DNA of 64,000 bases, taken from Bacteroidota bacterium. Its GTDB lineage: Bacteria; Bacteroidota; Ignavibacteria; UBA10030; UBA6906. Positions 36,973-47,202 of this stretch are shown here, one piece after another. Both the position numbers and the translations under genes were made by a program. The notes under the pieces were generated by a model that was not told where the DNA came from, ran no database searches, and was given only the letters and a program-made list of their open reading frames with translations. Positions within the stretch are counted from its first letter, which is position 1. The number at the start of each line of letters is the position of its first letter. The DNA lies in contig JAGDMK010000001.1 of NCBI GenBank assembly GCA_017860635.1, positions 15,727 through 79,726 on the forward strand. The letters run 5' to 3'.

Positions 36973-39381
36973 ATGCGGACACGTCGGATTGCTTTTTTCG
37001 CACTGTTTTACGCGTTTGCGGTTGTTGTTGCGAACGCCCAGACTGCCAGGCTTCAGGTCATTCATAATGCGGCAGATCCCGCAGCGGATTCTGTCGATAT
37101 CTACCTGAACGGGACGCTCCTGCTTGACAATTTCAAATTCCGTGCTGCCACACCGTACATTGATGCTCCAGCAGGCGTTCAACTGAACATCGGTGTCGCT
37201 CCTGCATCCAGCCACTCTGCTTCCGACACAATCAAGAATTTCCAGGCGACGCTTGCCAGCGGCGAGAAGTACGTTGCCATCGCCAATGGGGTTCTGGATC
37301 CGGCTGGCTTCGCGGCCAATCCTGACGGCCGTTCAACCGGTTTCACGCTCTTCATCAAGACTCCGGCCAAGGAGTCATCGACAGGCGGGAACGTTGAGTT
37401 CGTCGGCGTGCACGGGGCCACTGATGCACCCACGGTGGATATCGTTGCCCGCGGCGTTGCCACACTGGTTAATAATGCTCCGTACGGCGCCATGACCGGA
37501 TACATTGCGGTTCCTCCAGCCAAGTACCTCCTGGATGTGAAGGATAGCTCCGGGACGGTCCGAGTTGCGACGTTCAGTGCAGAACTCTCCGGTCTTGCCA
37601 ACGGTGCGGCGATCGTGTTCGCATCCGGGTTCCTGAATCCTTCGGCAAACAAGAACGGGAAGGCATTTGGGCTGTTTGCGGCTCTGCCGAATGGCACCGT
37701 TGTGACATTGCCCCTGGTGACAACAGCACGCCTTCAGGCAATCCACAATGCTGCCGATCCCGCTGCAGATTCTGTCGACATTTATCTTGGATCGATTAAG
37801 CTTCTCGACAACTTCAAGTTCCGTCAGGCAACGCCGTTCATCGATGCGCCGGCAGGCCAGCAGATCGTGCTCGGCGTCGCTCCGGCAACGAGTATGAGTG
37901 TCAGTGACACGCTCGTGGGATTCAGGGCGACCCTCACCCCTGGTGAAAGCTATGTGGTAATCGCGAACGGGGTGTTGAGCCCTGCGACCTTCGCATCGAA
38001 CCCCGACGGTCGTCCCATCGGCTTCACGCTCTTCATCAAGACTCCGGCAAAAGAGTCGGCCACCGGTGGTAATGTTGAATTCGTCGGGGTCCACGGCGCG
38101 ACGGATGCACCTACAGTTGACATCGTCGCACGCGGTGTGGCCACGCTTGTCAACAATGCCTCATATGGTGATGTGACCGGCTACATTCCGGTTCCCCCGG
38201 CCAAGTACCTTCTGGATGTCAAAGATAGCTCCGGTACGGTCCGTGTTGCGACGTTCAGCGCAGATCTTTCCGGTCTTGCCAACGGTGCGGCGATCGTGTT
38301 CGCGTCCGGGTTCCTGAATCCTTCGGCAAACAAGAATGGGAAGGCATTCGGACTGTTTGCTGCTCTGCCGAATGGCGCGGTCGTGGAATTCCCGGCGGTG
38401 ACGACTGCACGCGTCCAGGTGATCCACAATGCCGCAGATCCTGCTGCCGCTTCAGTTGACGTGTACCTCAACGGGACGAAGCTGATTGACAACTTCGGTT
38501 TCCGCAAGGCGACCCCCTTCATTGACGCGCCCGCGGGCTCTCCGATCAACATCGGTGTGGCCGGTGGCAACAGCAGCACGGCAGCAGACACACTCAAGAA
38601 CTTCGCGCTGACACTGACCCCGGGCGACACCTATGTTGCGATAGCCAACGGCGTACTGAATCTGGCCAACTTCGCGGTCAACCCGAACGGCAAGAACCGG
38701 GCATTCACCCTGTTCATTCAGCCCGTCGCCCGCGAGAAGGCTCTCGACACCACCAAAGTGGAGTTTTTTGCCCTGCACGGCTCCACAGATGCGCCGATCG
38801 TTGATGTGGTTGCCCGCGGTGTTGCGACGCTCGTCAACAATGCTGCGTACGGAGATATCACGGGATACATCGCAGTGCCTCCGGCCAGCTACACCCTCGA
38901 CGTGAAGGACAGCAGCGGCTCGGTGACGGTTGCCAGCTTTGCCGCAGATCTCAGCGGCCTGCGCAAGGGGTCTGCTGTGGTGTTCGCCTCTGGATTCCTG
39001 ACTCCTTCGGCGAACCAGAATGGTCCGGCATTTGGTCTATACGCAGCGCTGGCAAACGGGACCGTCGTGCCGTTCGGAGCAGTCACAAGTGTGAGCCAGC
39101 AGTCTGATGTGGCACCGTTCTCGTACGAGTTGTCGCAGAATTATCCCAATCCGTTCAACCCGTCGACGCAGATCACGTTCTCCGTTCCGAAAGACGCCAT
39201 TGCGAAGCTAGTGGTCTACAATTCGCTCGGACAGGAAATCGCGACCCTGGCCGATGGGGCTTACACCGCCGGAACATACCGGGTGGACTTCAATGCTGCC
39301 GGGCTGCCCTCCGGTGCATACTTCTACAGAGTCCAGGCGGGAGAGTTCACTGCCACTCGCAAGATGGTTCTCATGAAGTAA
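36973..39381 (+). CDS. DUF4397-repeat protein with T9SS sorting domain
   Basis: Three tandem ARLQVIHNAADPAA...HGATDAPTVD units; GGAGG RBS; sorting domain. Confidence 0.88.
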   Translation: MRTRRIAFFALFYAFAVVVANAQTARLQVIHNAADPAADSVDIYLNGTLLLDNFKFRAATPYIDAPAGVQLNIGVAPASSHSASDTIKNFQATLASGEKYVAIANGVLDPAGFAANPDGRSTGFTLFIKTPAKESSTGGNVEFVGVHGATDAPTVDIVARGVATLVNNAPYGAMTGYIAVPPAKYLLDVKDSSGTVRVATFSAELSGLANGAAIVFASGFLNPSANKNGKAFGLFAALPNGTVVTLPLVTTARLQAIHNAADPAADSVDIYLGSIKLLDNFKFRQATPFIDAPAGQQIVLGVAPATSMSVSDTLVGFRATLTPGESYVVIANGVLSPATFASNPDGRPIGFTLFIKTPAKESATGGNVEFVGVHGATDAPTVDIVARGVATLVNNASYGDVTGYIPVPPAKYLLDVKDSSGTVRVATFSADLSGLANGAAIVFASGFLNPSANKNGKAFGLFAALPNGAVVEFPAVTTARVQVIHNAADPAAASVDVYLNGTKLIDNFGFRKATPFIDAPAGSPINIGVAGGNSSTAADTLKNFALTLTPGDTYVAIANGVLNLANFAVNPNGKNRAFTLFIQPVAREKALDTTKVEFFALHGSTDAPIVDVVARGVATLVNNAAYGDITGYIAVPPASYTLDVKDSSGSVTVASFAADLSGLRKGSAVVFASGFLTPSANQNGPAFGLYAALANGTVVPFGAVTSVSQQSDVAPFSYELSQNYPNPFNPSTQITFSVPKDAIAKLVVYNSLGQEIATLADGAYTAGTYRVDFNAAGLPSGAYFYRVQAGEFTATRKMVLMK

Positions 39382-39690
39382 GCATTCTCTTCTGTCAGGT
39401 GTACCGGTTCTAGAAAACAAAACCTGGCTCTCTAAGAGCCAAGGACGAATCAAGCGGTGTCGCGGCGCGATGCCGCTTGATTTCTTTTCTGGATGGTGCC
39501 TGCCCCTCAATGGGAGTCGGGGAGGGACGCACACCCGCCGGGAGCATATGGATTAGCAATCATTGGCCGATTTGTTCGCGTTTCGAGGGGCAGGCGTGTT
39601 GATGCTGAGCCGGCCAATGCCGAGGCGCGTTGGTGTTGAGGCGACCTGCAGCGTTGTATCTCTAGAGGCGACTCCGTATATTAAAACATT

Positions 39691-41154
39691 ATGGCTGAAG
39701 AAAGGATCGTTGAACCACGGCTCCTGCGCGGTTTCAGAGACTATCTCCCCGCGCAGATGAATGCCCGGAACAAACTCGTCGCCACAATCCGGCAGGTGTA
39801 TGAACGCTATGGTTTCCTCCCGCTTGAAACCCCTGCGCAGGAATACCGCGTGACCCTGATGGGGTATGGCGAAGAAAACACCAAGCAGATCTTCACGTTC
39901 CAGAATCCCGAAGAAGAAGACGTTGCATTGAGGTTCGACCTCACCGTCCCCCTCGCCCGTGTTGTTGCCCAGTACCCGGATCTCCCGTTGCCGTTCCGCC
40001 GCTACCAGGTAGCGCCCGTCTGGCGTGCTGACAAGCCGGATCCGGGTCGTTTCCGCGAGTTCCTGCAGTTCGATCTGGACTCGGTCGGCACCTCATCGCT
40101 TGCGGCAGATGTCGAGATCCTGACCGGGATGTATGACACACTCAAGGCTCTGGGGCTGCAGAACTTCCTAGTCCGGTTCAGCAGCCGCAAAGTCCTGAAC
40201 AGCCTTCTCGACTATGCCGGGATCTCTCACGACATGGCCCACGGAGTGTTCCGTGTGCTGGACAAGTTAGAGAAAATCGGTGTCGAGAATGTTGCTGCCG
40301 AGCTGACAGTGGGACGCGTGGATGTGTCGGGTGACAAGATTCAGGGACTCGGGCTGAATACAAAAGCAGTCTCACGGATCACTGAATTCCTGGCGCTTCC
40401 CAAGGGCGCGCGCGATCAGGTTCTGACCGGACTCAAGCAATTGTTTTCGGGTGTCGATTCCGCGGCCGAGGCAGTGCAGGAGCTCGAGTTCCTCTGTACC
40501 TCTCTGGAGGTGCTGGACATCCCGGAGGACTGCGTCGCACTGGATCTGAGTATCGCCCGAGGTCTCGATTACTACACGGGTCCGGTGTTTGAAGCCGTGC
40601 TCAACGATGCTCCGGAGTTCGGCTCTGTGTTTGGTGGAGGACGCTATGACGGGCTGGTGGAGCGCTTCCTCGGGCGCAAGATTCCTGCCGTCGGTGCCTC
40701 GATCGGTGTGGACCGACTGTTTGCCGCCATGCAGAAGCTGGGCCTCTTCACCATGGGAAACGCAACGGCACAGGTGTTGGTGACAATCATGGAACATGGC
40801 AGGCTGGCTGAGTATCAGCAACTAACACGCCGCCTCCGCGAGGCAGGCATCAACACAGAAATGTACCTCGGGGAGGAACGGAGCCCGGGCAAGCAGCTGC
40901 AGTATGCCAACCGGCAACACATTCCCGTCGCAATCCTTCTGGGCAGCAACGAATTCGAACGCGGCGAAGTGACTATCAAAGACCTGGTGCTGGGTGCGTC
41001 GCTTCAGGAAAAGAAGAAGGGCGTCACAGGGAAAGACCGCGAAAAATACCTTCAGGAAACCCGCACGGTACAGATGACAGTGCCTCAAGCAGCATGCGTC
41101 GACAAGGTCAGGGAAGTCCTCGCGCGTCACAACGGATCATCGCTCTCCAGCTAA
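39691..41154 (+). CDS. hisS: Histidine--tRNA ligase
   Basis: RGFRD, LRFDLTVP, WRADKP..GRFREFLQ.D, RGLDYYTG, GGGRYDGL, G.SIG.DRL. Confidence 0.96.
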   Translation: MAEERIVEPRLLRGFRDYLPAQMNARNKLVATIRQVYERYGFLPLETPAQEYRVTLMGYGEENTKQIFTFQNPEEEDVALRFDLTVPLARVVAQYPDLPLPFRRYQVAPVWRADKPDPGRFREFLQFDLDSVGTSSLAADVEILTGMYDTLKALGLQNFLVRFSSRKVLNSLLDYAGISHDMAHGVFRVLDKLEKIGVENVAAELTVGRVDVSGDKIQGLGLNTKAVSRITEFLALPKGARDQVLTGLKQLFSGVDSAAEAVQELEFLCTSLEVLDIPEDCVALDLSIARGLDYYTGPVFEAVLNDAPEFGSVFGGGRYDGLVERFLGRKIPAVGASIGVDRLFAAMQKLGLFTMGNATAQVLVTIMEHGRLAEYQQLTRRLREAGINTEMYLGEERSPGKQLQYANRQHIPVAILLGSNEFERGEVTIKDLVLGASLQEKKKGVTGKDREKYLQETRTVQMTVPQAACVDKVREVLARHNGSSLSS

Positions 41155-41168
41155 TCATCGGACCCTTT

Positions 41169-42686
41169 ATGTCCAGGACTCTTCGTGTAGATGGCAAATC
41201 ACTGACCATCGATCGTGTCGTCGCGGTGGCGCGCAACAACATGCCCGTCCGGCTTGATCCTTCCGCGCGGAAGGACATGCGACGGTCACGCGAGTGGGTC
41301 GAACAGGCCGTGAGGGATCATGCCATCGTGTACGGCGTGACCACAGGGTTCGGGGCATTTCAGAATGTGTCGGTCCCGCAGGACCGGCTGCGCGAGCTCC
41401 AGCGCAATCTGATCCTCAGTCATTGTGCTGGCGTGGGTGCGCCATTTCCAGAAGAGGTTGTTCGTGCGATGCTGCTGCTCCGGGCGAATGCGCTTGCGCG
41501 CGGCCATTCCGGCATCCGGATATTCGTCGTCGAGCGGCTGCTGGAAATGCTCAACCGGGGCGTGCATCCGGTGGTGCCCGAGCAGGGTTCTGTTGGCTCC
41601 AGCGGAGATCTGGCACCTCTATCGCATGCTGCAGCCGTGCTCATCGGCGAGGGGGAAGCATTCTACAAGGGTAAGCGCATGAGCGGCGCCAGGGCAATGC
41701 GTTTGGCGGGACTTGAGCCGGTTGTGCTCGAAGCCAAAGAGGGCCTTGCCCTGAACAACGGTACACAGGCCATGACCGCGGTGGGGGCGCTGGCCGTTTG
41801 TGATGCCCGCCGCATTGCAGACCTCGCCGATATCGCGGCAGCGATGAGCCTCGAGGCGGTGAAAGGGAAGAGCACCCCATTTGCGGAAAAAGTGCTTGCC
41901 ACCCGTCCTCATCCGGGGCAGGCGCGCTCTGCGCAGAACATCCGGACGATGATTGCGGGAAGCCGTCTGGTGGACCGTGTCGATCATGACACACGGCACA
42001 AGGTCCAGGACTCGTACTCCATCCGCTGCGCGCCGCAGGTGCACGGTGCCTCGCGGGATGCCATTGACTACGTCGCCCGTGTTGTAGAAACCGAAATCAA
42101 CGCCACCACCGACAATCCGTTGATCTTCCCGGATTCCAACGAGGTGTTCAGCGTCGGCAATTTCCACGGACAACCGGTCGCGCTGGCCATGGACTTCCTG
42201 GCGCTGGCCGTTGCGGAGCTCGGAAACATCTCTGAACGGCGGACTGCAAAGCTGATGGACCGTGAACACAACTGCGGCCTTCCGGCATTTCTTGCGGTCG
42301 ACGGCGGGATTGAATCGGGCCTGATGATCGAACAATATACGGCTGCAGCGTTGGTCTCTGAAAACAAGGTCCTAATTCATCCGGCCAGCGGCGACTCCAT
42401 CCCGACATCGGCCAATCAGGAAGACCATGTCAGCATGGGCACCATCGCCGCCCGGCAAGCGCGTCAGGTGCTGGAGAATGTAGAACGGGTGATAGCGATC
42501 GAGCTCCACGGTGCAGTTGAGGCCCTCGGTTACCGTTCGGAGCGTCAGGGGGAGGGAACCCGGAAGGCGTTCAAGATGCTCTCCGAGGTGGTACCTCCTC
42601 TCCGCGGGGACCGTCCTCTGTCGAAGGATATTGAAAACCTGGTAGGATTTCTCCGCGAAGACACTCTGCGCACTGTCCTGCATTGA
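41169..42686 (+). CDS. hutH: Histidine ammonia-lyase (MIO-dependent aromatic amino acid lyase family)
   Basis: YGVTTGFG, NLILSH, GSVGSSGDLAPL, KEGLAL.NGT, QDSYSIRC.PQVHG, DNP, GNFHG, ANQEDHVSM. Confidence 0.9.
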   Translation: MSRTLRVDGKSLTIDRVVAVARNNMPVRLDPSARKDMRRSREWVEQAVRDHAIVYGVTTGFGAFQNVSVPQDRLRELQRNLILSHCAGVGAPFPEEVVRAMLLLRANALARGHSGIRIFVVERLLEMLNRGVHPVVPEQGSVGSSGDLAPLSHAAAVLIGEGEAFYKGKRMSGARAMRLAGLEPVVLEAKEGLALNNGTQAMTAVGALAVCDARRIADLADIAAAMSLEAVKGKSTPFAEKVLATRPHPGQARSAQNIRTMIAGSRLVDRVDHDTRHKVQDSYSIRCAPQVHGASRDAIDYVARVVETEINATTDNPLIFPDSNEVFSVGNFHGQPVALAMDFLALAVAELGNISERRTAKLMDREHNCGLPAFLAVDGGIESGLMIEQYTAAALVSENKVLIHPASGDSIPTSANQEDHVSMGTIAARQARQVLENVERVIAIELHGAVEALGYRSERQGEGTRKAFKMLSEVVPPLRGDRPLSKDIENLVGFLREDTLRTVLH

Positions 42687-42760
42687 GTACGGGCGGAGGG
42701 TCTTGATGCTGCACCCTTCTGGATCCGACACAATCTGCCTCATGTAACCCGGAGTCCACG

Positions 42761-43753
42761 ATGAGCACATGGATGCCTCACGACGATCGCTACGCCACAC
42801 TTCCATACCGCAGATGCGGGCGAAGCGGACTGCGCCTTCCGCCGATCTCACTCGGGCTCTGGCACAACTTCGGCGGAGTGGACGCCGAAGAGAACGGCCG
42901 CGCAATGCTGTGCAAAGCCTTCGATCTCGGCATCACGCATTTCGATCTGGCCAACAACTATGGTCCGCCCCCGGGATCCGCGGAGGAAACATTCGGCAGG
43001 ATCTTCAGGAAGGACTTCGTACCATACCGCGATGAACTCGTGATCTCCACAAAGGCAGGGTACTGGATGTGGCCCGGGCCGTATGGGGAGTGGGGATCAC
43101 GCAAGTATCTCATCGCCAGTCTGGACCAGAGTCTGAAGCGTATGGGTCTGGACTACGTCGACATATTCTATTCCCATCGTCCCGATCCCGACACGCCGCT
43201 TGAAGAGACCATGGGCGCACTGGATTTCGCCGTTCGTTCGGGACGTGCGCTCTATGCCGGCATCTCTTCGTACAAGCCTGACCAGACCCGGCGCGCAGCA
43301 GCACTTCTCCGTCAGATGGGCACGCCGTGCCTCATCCATCAGCCAGTCTATCACATGTTTAACCGCTGGATAGAGGGTGAACTTCTCCAGGTGTTGCAGG
43401 AGGAAGGAATGGGGTGCATTGTGTTCTCTCCGCTCGCACAAGGTCTGTTATCAGGCCGGTATCTCGAAGGGATTCCCCAGGACTCACGGGCCGGGAAGCC
43501 CCACGGTTTCCTGAGACCCCAGCACGTCACAGAGGAAAAGCTCAACAAGGTACGTTCTCTTCAGTCTGTGGCCCGGCGCCGCAACCAGACGCTTGCGCAG
43601 CTCGCGCTGAGCTGGGTGCTGCGGCGTCCCGGCGTGACTTCCGCACTTATCGGTGCAAGCTCCGTCGCGCAGATCGAGGAGAACGTGGCGGCCAGCTACG
43701 CCCCACCTCTGTCGGATGACGATCTCCGGGAGATTGACACCATACTGCACTAG
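42761..43753 (+). CDS. Aldo/keto reductase, L-glyceraldehyde-3-phosphate reductase (YghZ-like)
   Basis: SLGLWHNFG, HFDLANNYGPPPGSAE, STKAGY.MWPGPYG.WGSRKY. Confidence 0.93.
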   Translation: MSTWMPHDDRYATLPYRRCGRSGLRLPPISLGLWHNFGGVDAEENGRAMLCKAFDLGITHFDLANNYGPPPGSAEETFGRIFRKDFVPYRDELVISTKAGYWMWPGPYGEWGSRKYLIASLDQSLKRMGLDYVDIFYSHRPDPDTPLEETMGALDFAVRSGRALYAGISSYKPDQTRRAAALLRQMGTPCLIHQPVYHMFNRWIEGELLQVLQEEGMGCIVFSPLAQGLLSGRYLEGIPQDSRAGKPHGFLRPQHVTEEKLNKVRSLQSVARRRNQTLAQLALSWVLRRPGVTSALIGASSVAQIEENVAASYAPPLSDDDLREIDTILH

Positions 43754-43910
43754 GCACGCCACGTTCATTTCGGGACGCTGCTGAAGGTTCTGCCTGAGCT
43801 GGTGGCTGGTTCTCGTGCGTTCGCCGATACGCACGCCCCTTTCCCGACGACTGCCAGCTCGCCTTGACCACTTCAATCCATCCATACACATCATCCCACT
43901 GATTTTTGCC

Positions 43911-43985
43911 TTACCGGTTCCTCTCTTACCGGCTTCTCTCTTACCGGCTTCTTTCTCACCGGCTTCTCTCTCACCGGCTTCTGTC
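43911..43985. repeat. 15-bp tandem repeat, 5 units
   Basis: T(T/C)ACCGG(C/T)T(T/C)CTNTC x5. Confidence 0.9.
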
Positions 43986-44062
43986 TCATTGACTCTCTTG
44001 TCATCGGCCCGGCGGAACCAGCCAACGAGACTCCGTGTTGTATCAGGAAAGGAGCGCTGGAT

Positions 44063-44560
44063 ATGTGGATGACAGGTATTCTGCTCGCGTTGTTTCTTCT
44101 TCACTCAGGCGACGAATCAGGTCGACACATCAGGGTGTATTCGGTCGAAAAGAAAGGATACGTGACGGTGGAAAAGGTCGTGAAGTCGGAGAAGGAATGG
44201 CGCGCGCTACTGACACCGGAGCAATACGAGGTGACCAGAAAGCATGGTACCGAGCGGGCCTGTTCAGGGGCATACTGGGCTCATCACGAAGCCGGTGTCT
44301 ATTCCTGCGTCTGCTGCGGACTGGATCTCTTTGCGTCGAACACGAAATTCGAGTCAGGGACCGGCTGGCCCAGCTTCTTCGGTCCGGTCGCAAAGGAAAA
44401 CATCTTGAATGTCGTCGACCGGAGCTTCGGGATGGTCCGTACAGAAATCCGCTGTGCGCGCTGTGACGCCCACCTCGGGCACGTGTTTGAGGATGGACCT
44501 CCGCCGACAGGGCTCCGCTACTGCCTGAACTCGCTGGCCTTGAAATTCACGCCCCGGTGA
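44063..44560 (+). CDS. msrB: Peptide-methionine (R)-S-oxide reductase, possibly exported
   Basis: [43 protein letters not shown]; hydrophobic N-terminus. Confidence 0.95.
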   Translation: MWMTGILLALFLLHSGDESGRHIRVYSVEKKGYVTVEKVVKSEKEWRALLTPEQYEVTRKHGTERACSGAYWAHHEAGVYSCVCCGLDLFASNTKFESGTGWPSFFGPVAKENILNVVDRSFGMVRTEIRCARCDAHLGHVFEDGPPPTGLRYCLNSLALKFTPR

Positions 44561-44630
44561 TTCTGCTGAGTTGATGGCTTCAGGGAAACCATGAGCTCCG
44601 GCGAAGTAATGAGAAGGCGCTGCGCCAGGT

Positions 44631-44729
44631 ACAACCTTTTCCGCCGCAAGCCAGTCCACCACAACCTTGTCCGCCGTAAGCCAGTCCATCACAACTTTCT
44701 CCGCCGTAACCCAGTCAATCCCAACCTTG
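44631..44729. repeat. 30-bp tandem repeat, about 3.3 units
   Basis: ACAAC(C/T)TTnTCCGCCG(C/T)AA(G/C)CCAGTC(C/A)A(C/T)C x3. Confidence 0.9.
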
Positions 44730-44798
44730 CAACTCCTGACCTTTTAATGTATCTTCTGTAAAATCTGCGGCCTTCGTATCTCTCTGCCGGATTGACAC

Positions 44799-45785
44799 TT
44801 GCGACGCAAGAAGATACTCTTCACCTCCTCTCTCAATTCGACATTCATCCAGGAAGACATCAGGCTGCTGCAGAAGCACTATGATGTAACTCCTCTGAAC
44901 ACCCTCGGGCCTGGTGCTTTCTTCAAGATTCTTGTCCGCATCCGGTCGCACGATGTCACATTCACCTGGTTTGCCTCCGTCTATGCGTTCCTTACGGTTC
45001 TTCTGAGCCGGATCTTCGGCAAAAATGCTCTCATTGTTGCCGGAGGGGCAGATGCAGCAAAGCTCCCGGAGATTCCCTACGGGATCTGGGTGAGTCCGTG
45101 GAGGACTCCCCTGGTCAGGTACGCCGTCCGGCATGCCTGGCATGTTCTCGCGGTGGATCCCTCCCTGCAGAGCGGGCTGGCCAGGCTCGCCGGCTATGAC
45201 GGCCAGAACATTGTCTACGTCCCGACAGGCTACGATCCGGAAAAATGGAAACCCGGGGGTGCGAAAGAACGGTTCGTATTGACCGTCGCAGGTTGTGAGT
45301 ATCGATGGAGAATGAAGGTCAAGGGAATCGATGTGCTCCTCGACGTTGCGCGCAGCCTTGCTGATGTGCATTTCGTGGTGGTGGGGATGCATGAACTGCT
45401 GATTCAGGAAACAAGGGCGACGATTCCGCCGAATGTCGAGCTCATTCCTTTCATCCCACAAAGTACACTGCTCGGCTATTACCAGCGGGCTGCGGTATAC
45501 TGCCAGCCCTCGTACACGGAGGGTTTGCCGAACAGTCTCTGTGAGGCGATGCTCTGTGAATGCGTTCCGGTGGGTTCGAATGTCGGAGGGATTCCCACGG
45601 CGATCGCCGGGATCGGCCATATGGTTCCTTATGGCGATGTCCCGGCATTCGCCAGTGCCATCCGCTTGGCCCTGGACGCTCCCGGCAATACCGGCAGTCG
45701 GGCACGGGAGCACATTGCGCAGACATTCACGCTGGAGCGCCGGGAAACAGCGCTTCGGCAGATTGTAGAAGAGGCGACACGATGA
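44799..45785 (+). CDS. GT4 family glycosyltransferase
   Basis: KGIDVL; PS..EGLPNSL.EAM..E..PV.SNVGGIP. Confidence 0.9.
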   Translation: MRRKKILFTSSLNSTFIQEDIRLLQKHYDVTPLNTLGPGAFFKILVRIRSHDVTFTWFASVYAFLTVLLSRIFGKNALIVAGGADAAKLPEIPYGIWVSPWRTPLVRYAVRHAWHVLAVDPSLQSGLARLAGYDGQNIVYVPTGYDPEKWKPGGAKERFVLTVAGCEYRWRMKVKGIDVLLDVARSLADVHFVVVGMHELLIQETRATIPPNVELIPFIPQSTLLGYYQRAAVYCQPSYTEGLPNSLCEAMLCECVPVGSNVGGIPTAIAGIGHMVPYGDVPAFASAIRLALDAPGNTGSRAREHIAQTFTLERRETALRQIVEEATR

Positions 45786-45798
45786 GCCGGGGGAGAGT

Positions 45799-47202
45799 GT
45801 GAAACGGCCCCTTCGGAATATGAGCGCGCTCTTCGCCGGCGACGTGGCCAGCCGGGGGATCGGCTTCCTTGTCACCGTGTACCTTGCACGAATCCTGGAA
45901 CCCGCAGGGTTCGGACTCGTCAGTGTCGGCATGGCCCTCCTCGGGCATTTGCAGTTACTCTCCAGCCCGGGCATTCAACTTGTAGAGACCCGGAACACCG
46001 CCCGGGCGGACGGGATGGACGACCGGAGATTTGGTGGTGTTCTCACTCTGCGGTTCGTCCTGTCAATTGTGCTCTTCGCACTAGCACTCCTCGTTCTCTT
46101 CGTCAATCCGTATGATCCGGCAGTCCGCAGGGTGATGCTCTGGAGTCTGGCCTCGCTGTTTCCGTTGGCCCTTGCAACGGACTGGTACCTTCAGGGAATG
46201 GAGCGGATGCCGCCAATCGGTGCAGCCCGGTTTGCCGGCTACTGCGTGTACGGGCTGGCGGCCTGGTTTCTGGTGCGATCACTCGATGATGTTGCCATGG
46301 CGCCGGCGGCGTTCTTCCTCGGTGCGATTGTGACGACCGGCATGCTCTGGGGGACAACAGCTTCGCTGCGGCCCGTGCCCCGGTTGAAGTGGGACGTCGG
46401 TCTCTGGACGCAGCTCCTGCGGGAGAATCTCCCCGTGGGTATGGCGATGTTCGTCGGCCAGATGGTGATGAACCTCCCTCCGATTGTGATTGCAGCGACG
46501 ACCGGCACCGCCGACGCAGGGGTGTATAACGCGGCATTGAAACTTGTGTTTCTGCTTCTGATTGCTGACCGTGTTCTCAATGCGATCTTTCTGCCGGCGT
46601 TCACGAGAATACGGGAAACGAAGCCTGCGGACCTGGAGAAGATAGTATCCGTCACGGCCAAAATGGTGATCACCGGAGTGATTGTCATTGTGCTGCTGGG
46701 CAACCTGCTGTCATCGTGGGGAATCGCCCTTGTGTACGGTCCGGCCTATGGAAGCGCCGATCCTGTGTTCCGCATTCTGCTGCTCTACGTCGGACTCACG
46801 CTCATCAATTCTATCGCGACCAACGTGCTCCTTGCTTCGGGATACGAGCGTCTGTACAGCAGCATCCTCATCCGCGGGTCCCTCGTCCTGATTGTTGCGA
46901 TGCTTATCCTCACGCCGCTGTTTGGCAGCATCGGGACAGCCATAGGGGCGGGTGTGGGTGAGCTGGTGACTGTGCTGCTCATGTCATGGCACGCGAGGAG
47001 AAATGGATCATTTCCTCCGGCGGGTGTGTTTGTTCCCCCCCTGATTGCCGGCTGCTGTTCTGGAATTGCGGGGTGGCTGCTCTGGCCGATCCATCCGGTC
47101 GTGGCAACGGGTGCAGCAACCGTGGTTCTGGTCGGATTGATGTTCATATTCAGAGTCTTCAAGAGTGAAGACATTGCCTACATGAGGGAGCGACTGGTGT
47201 GA
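45799..47202 (+). CDS. Wzx-type oligosaccharide flippase
   Basis: YLAR.L.PA.FG N-terminal motif; many TM helices; G.YNAA.KL. Confidence 0.85.
   Translation: MKRPLRNMSALFAGDVASRGIGFLVTVYLARILEPAGFGLVSVGMALLGHLQLLSSPGIQLVETRNTARADGMDDRRFGGVLTLRFVLSIVLFALALLVLFVNPYDPAVRRVMLWSLASLFPLALATDWYLQGMERMPPIGAARFAGYCVYGLAAWFLVRSLDDVAMAPAAFFLGAIVTTGMLWGTTASLRPVPRLKWDVGLWTQLLRENLPVGMAMFVGQMVMNLPPIVIAATTGTADAGVYNAALKLVFLLLIADRVLNAIFLPAFTRIRETKPADLEKIVSVTAKMVITGVIVIVLLGNLLSSWGIALVYGPAYGSADPVFRILLLYVGLTLINSIATNVLLASGYERLYSSILIRGSLVLIVAMLILTPLFGSIGTAIGAGVGELVTVLLMSWHARRNGSFPPAGVFVPPLIAGCCSGIAGWLLWPIHPVVATGAATVVLVGLMFIFRVFKSEDIAYMRERLV

Noticed and set aside
44063..44560. msrB as a selenoprotein
   Set aside because: Catalytic RYCLNS uses a Cys codon and the only in-frame TGA is the normal terminus
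43911..44729. CRISPR array
   Set aside because: Repeats are head-to-tail without unique spacers; no cas genes seen
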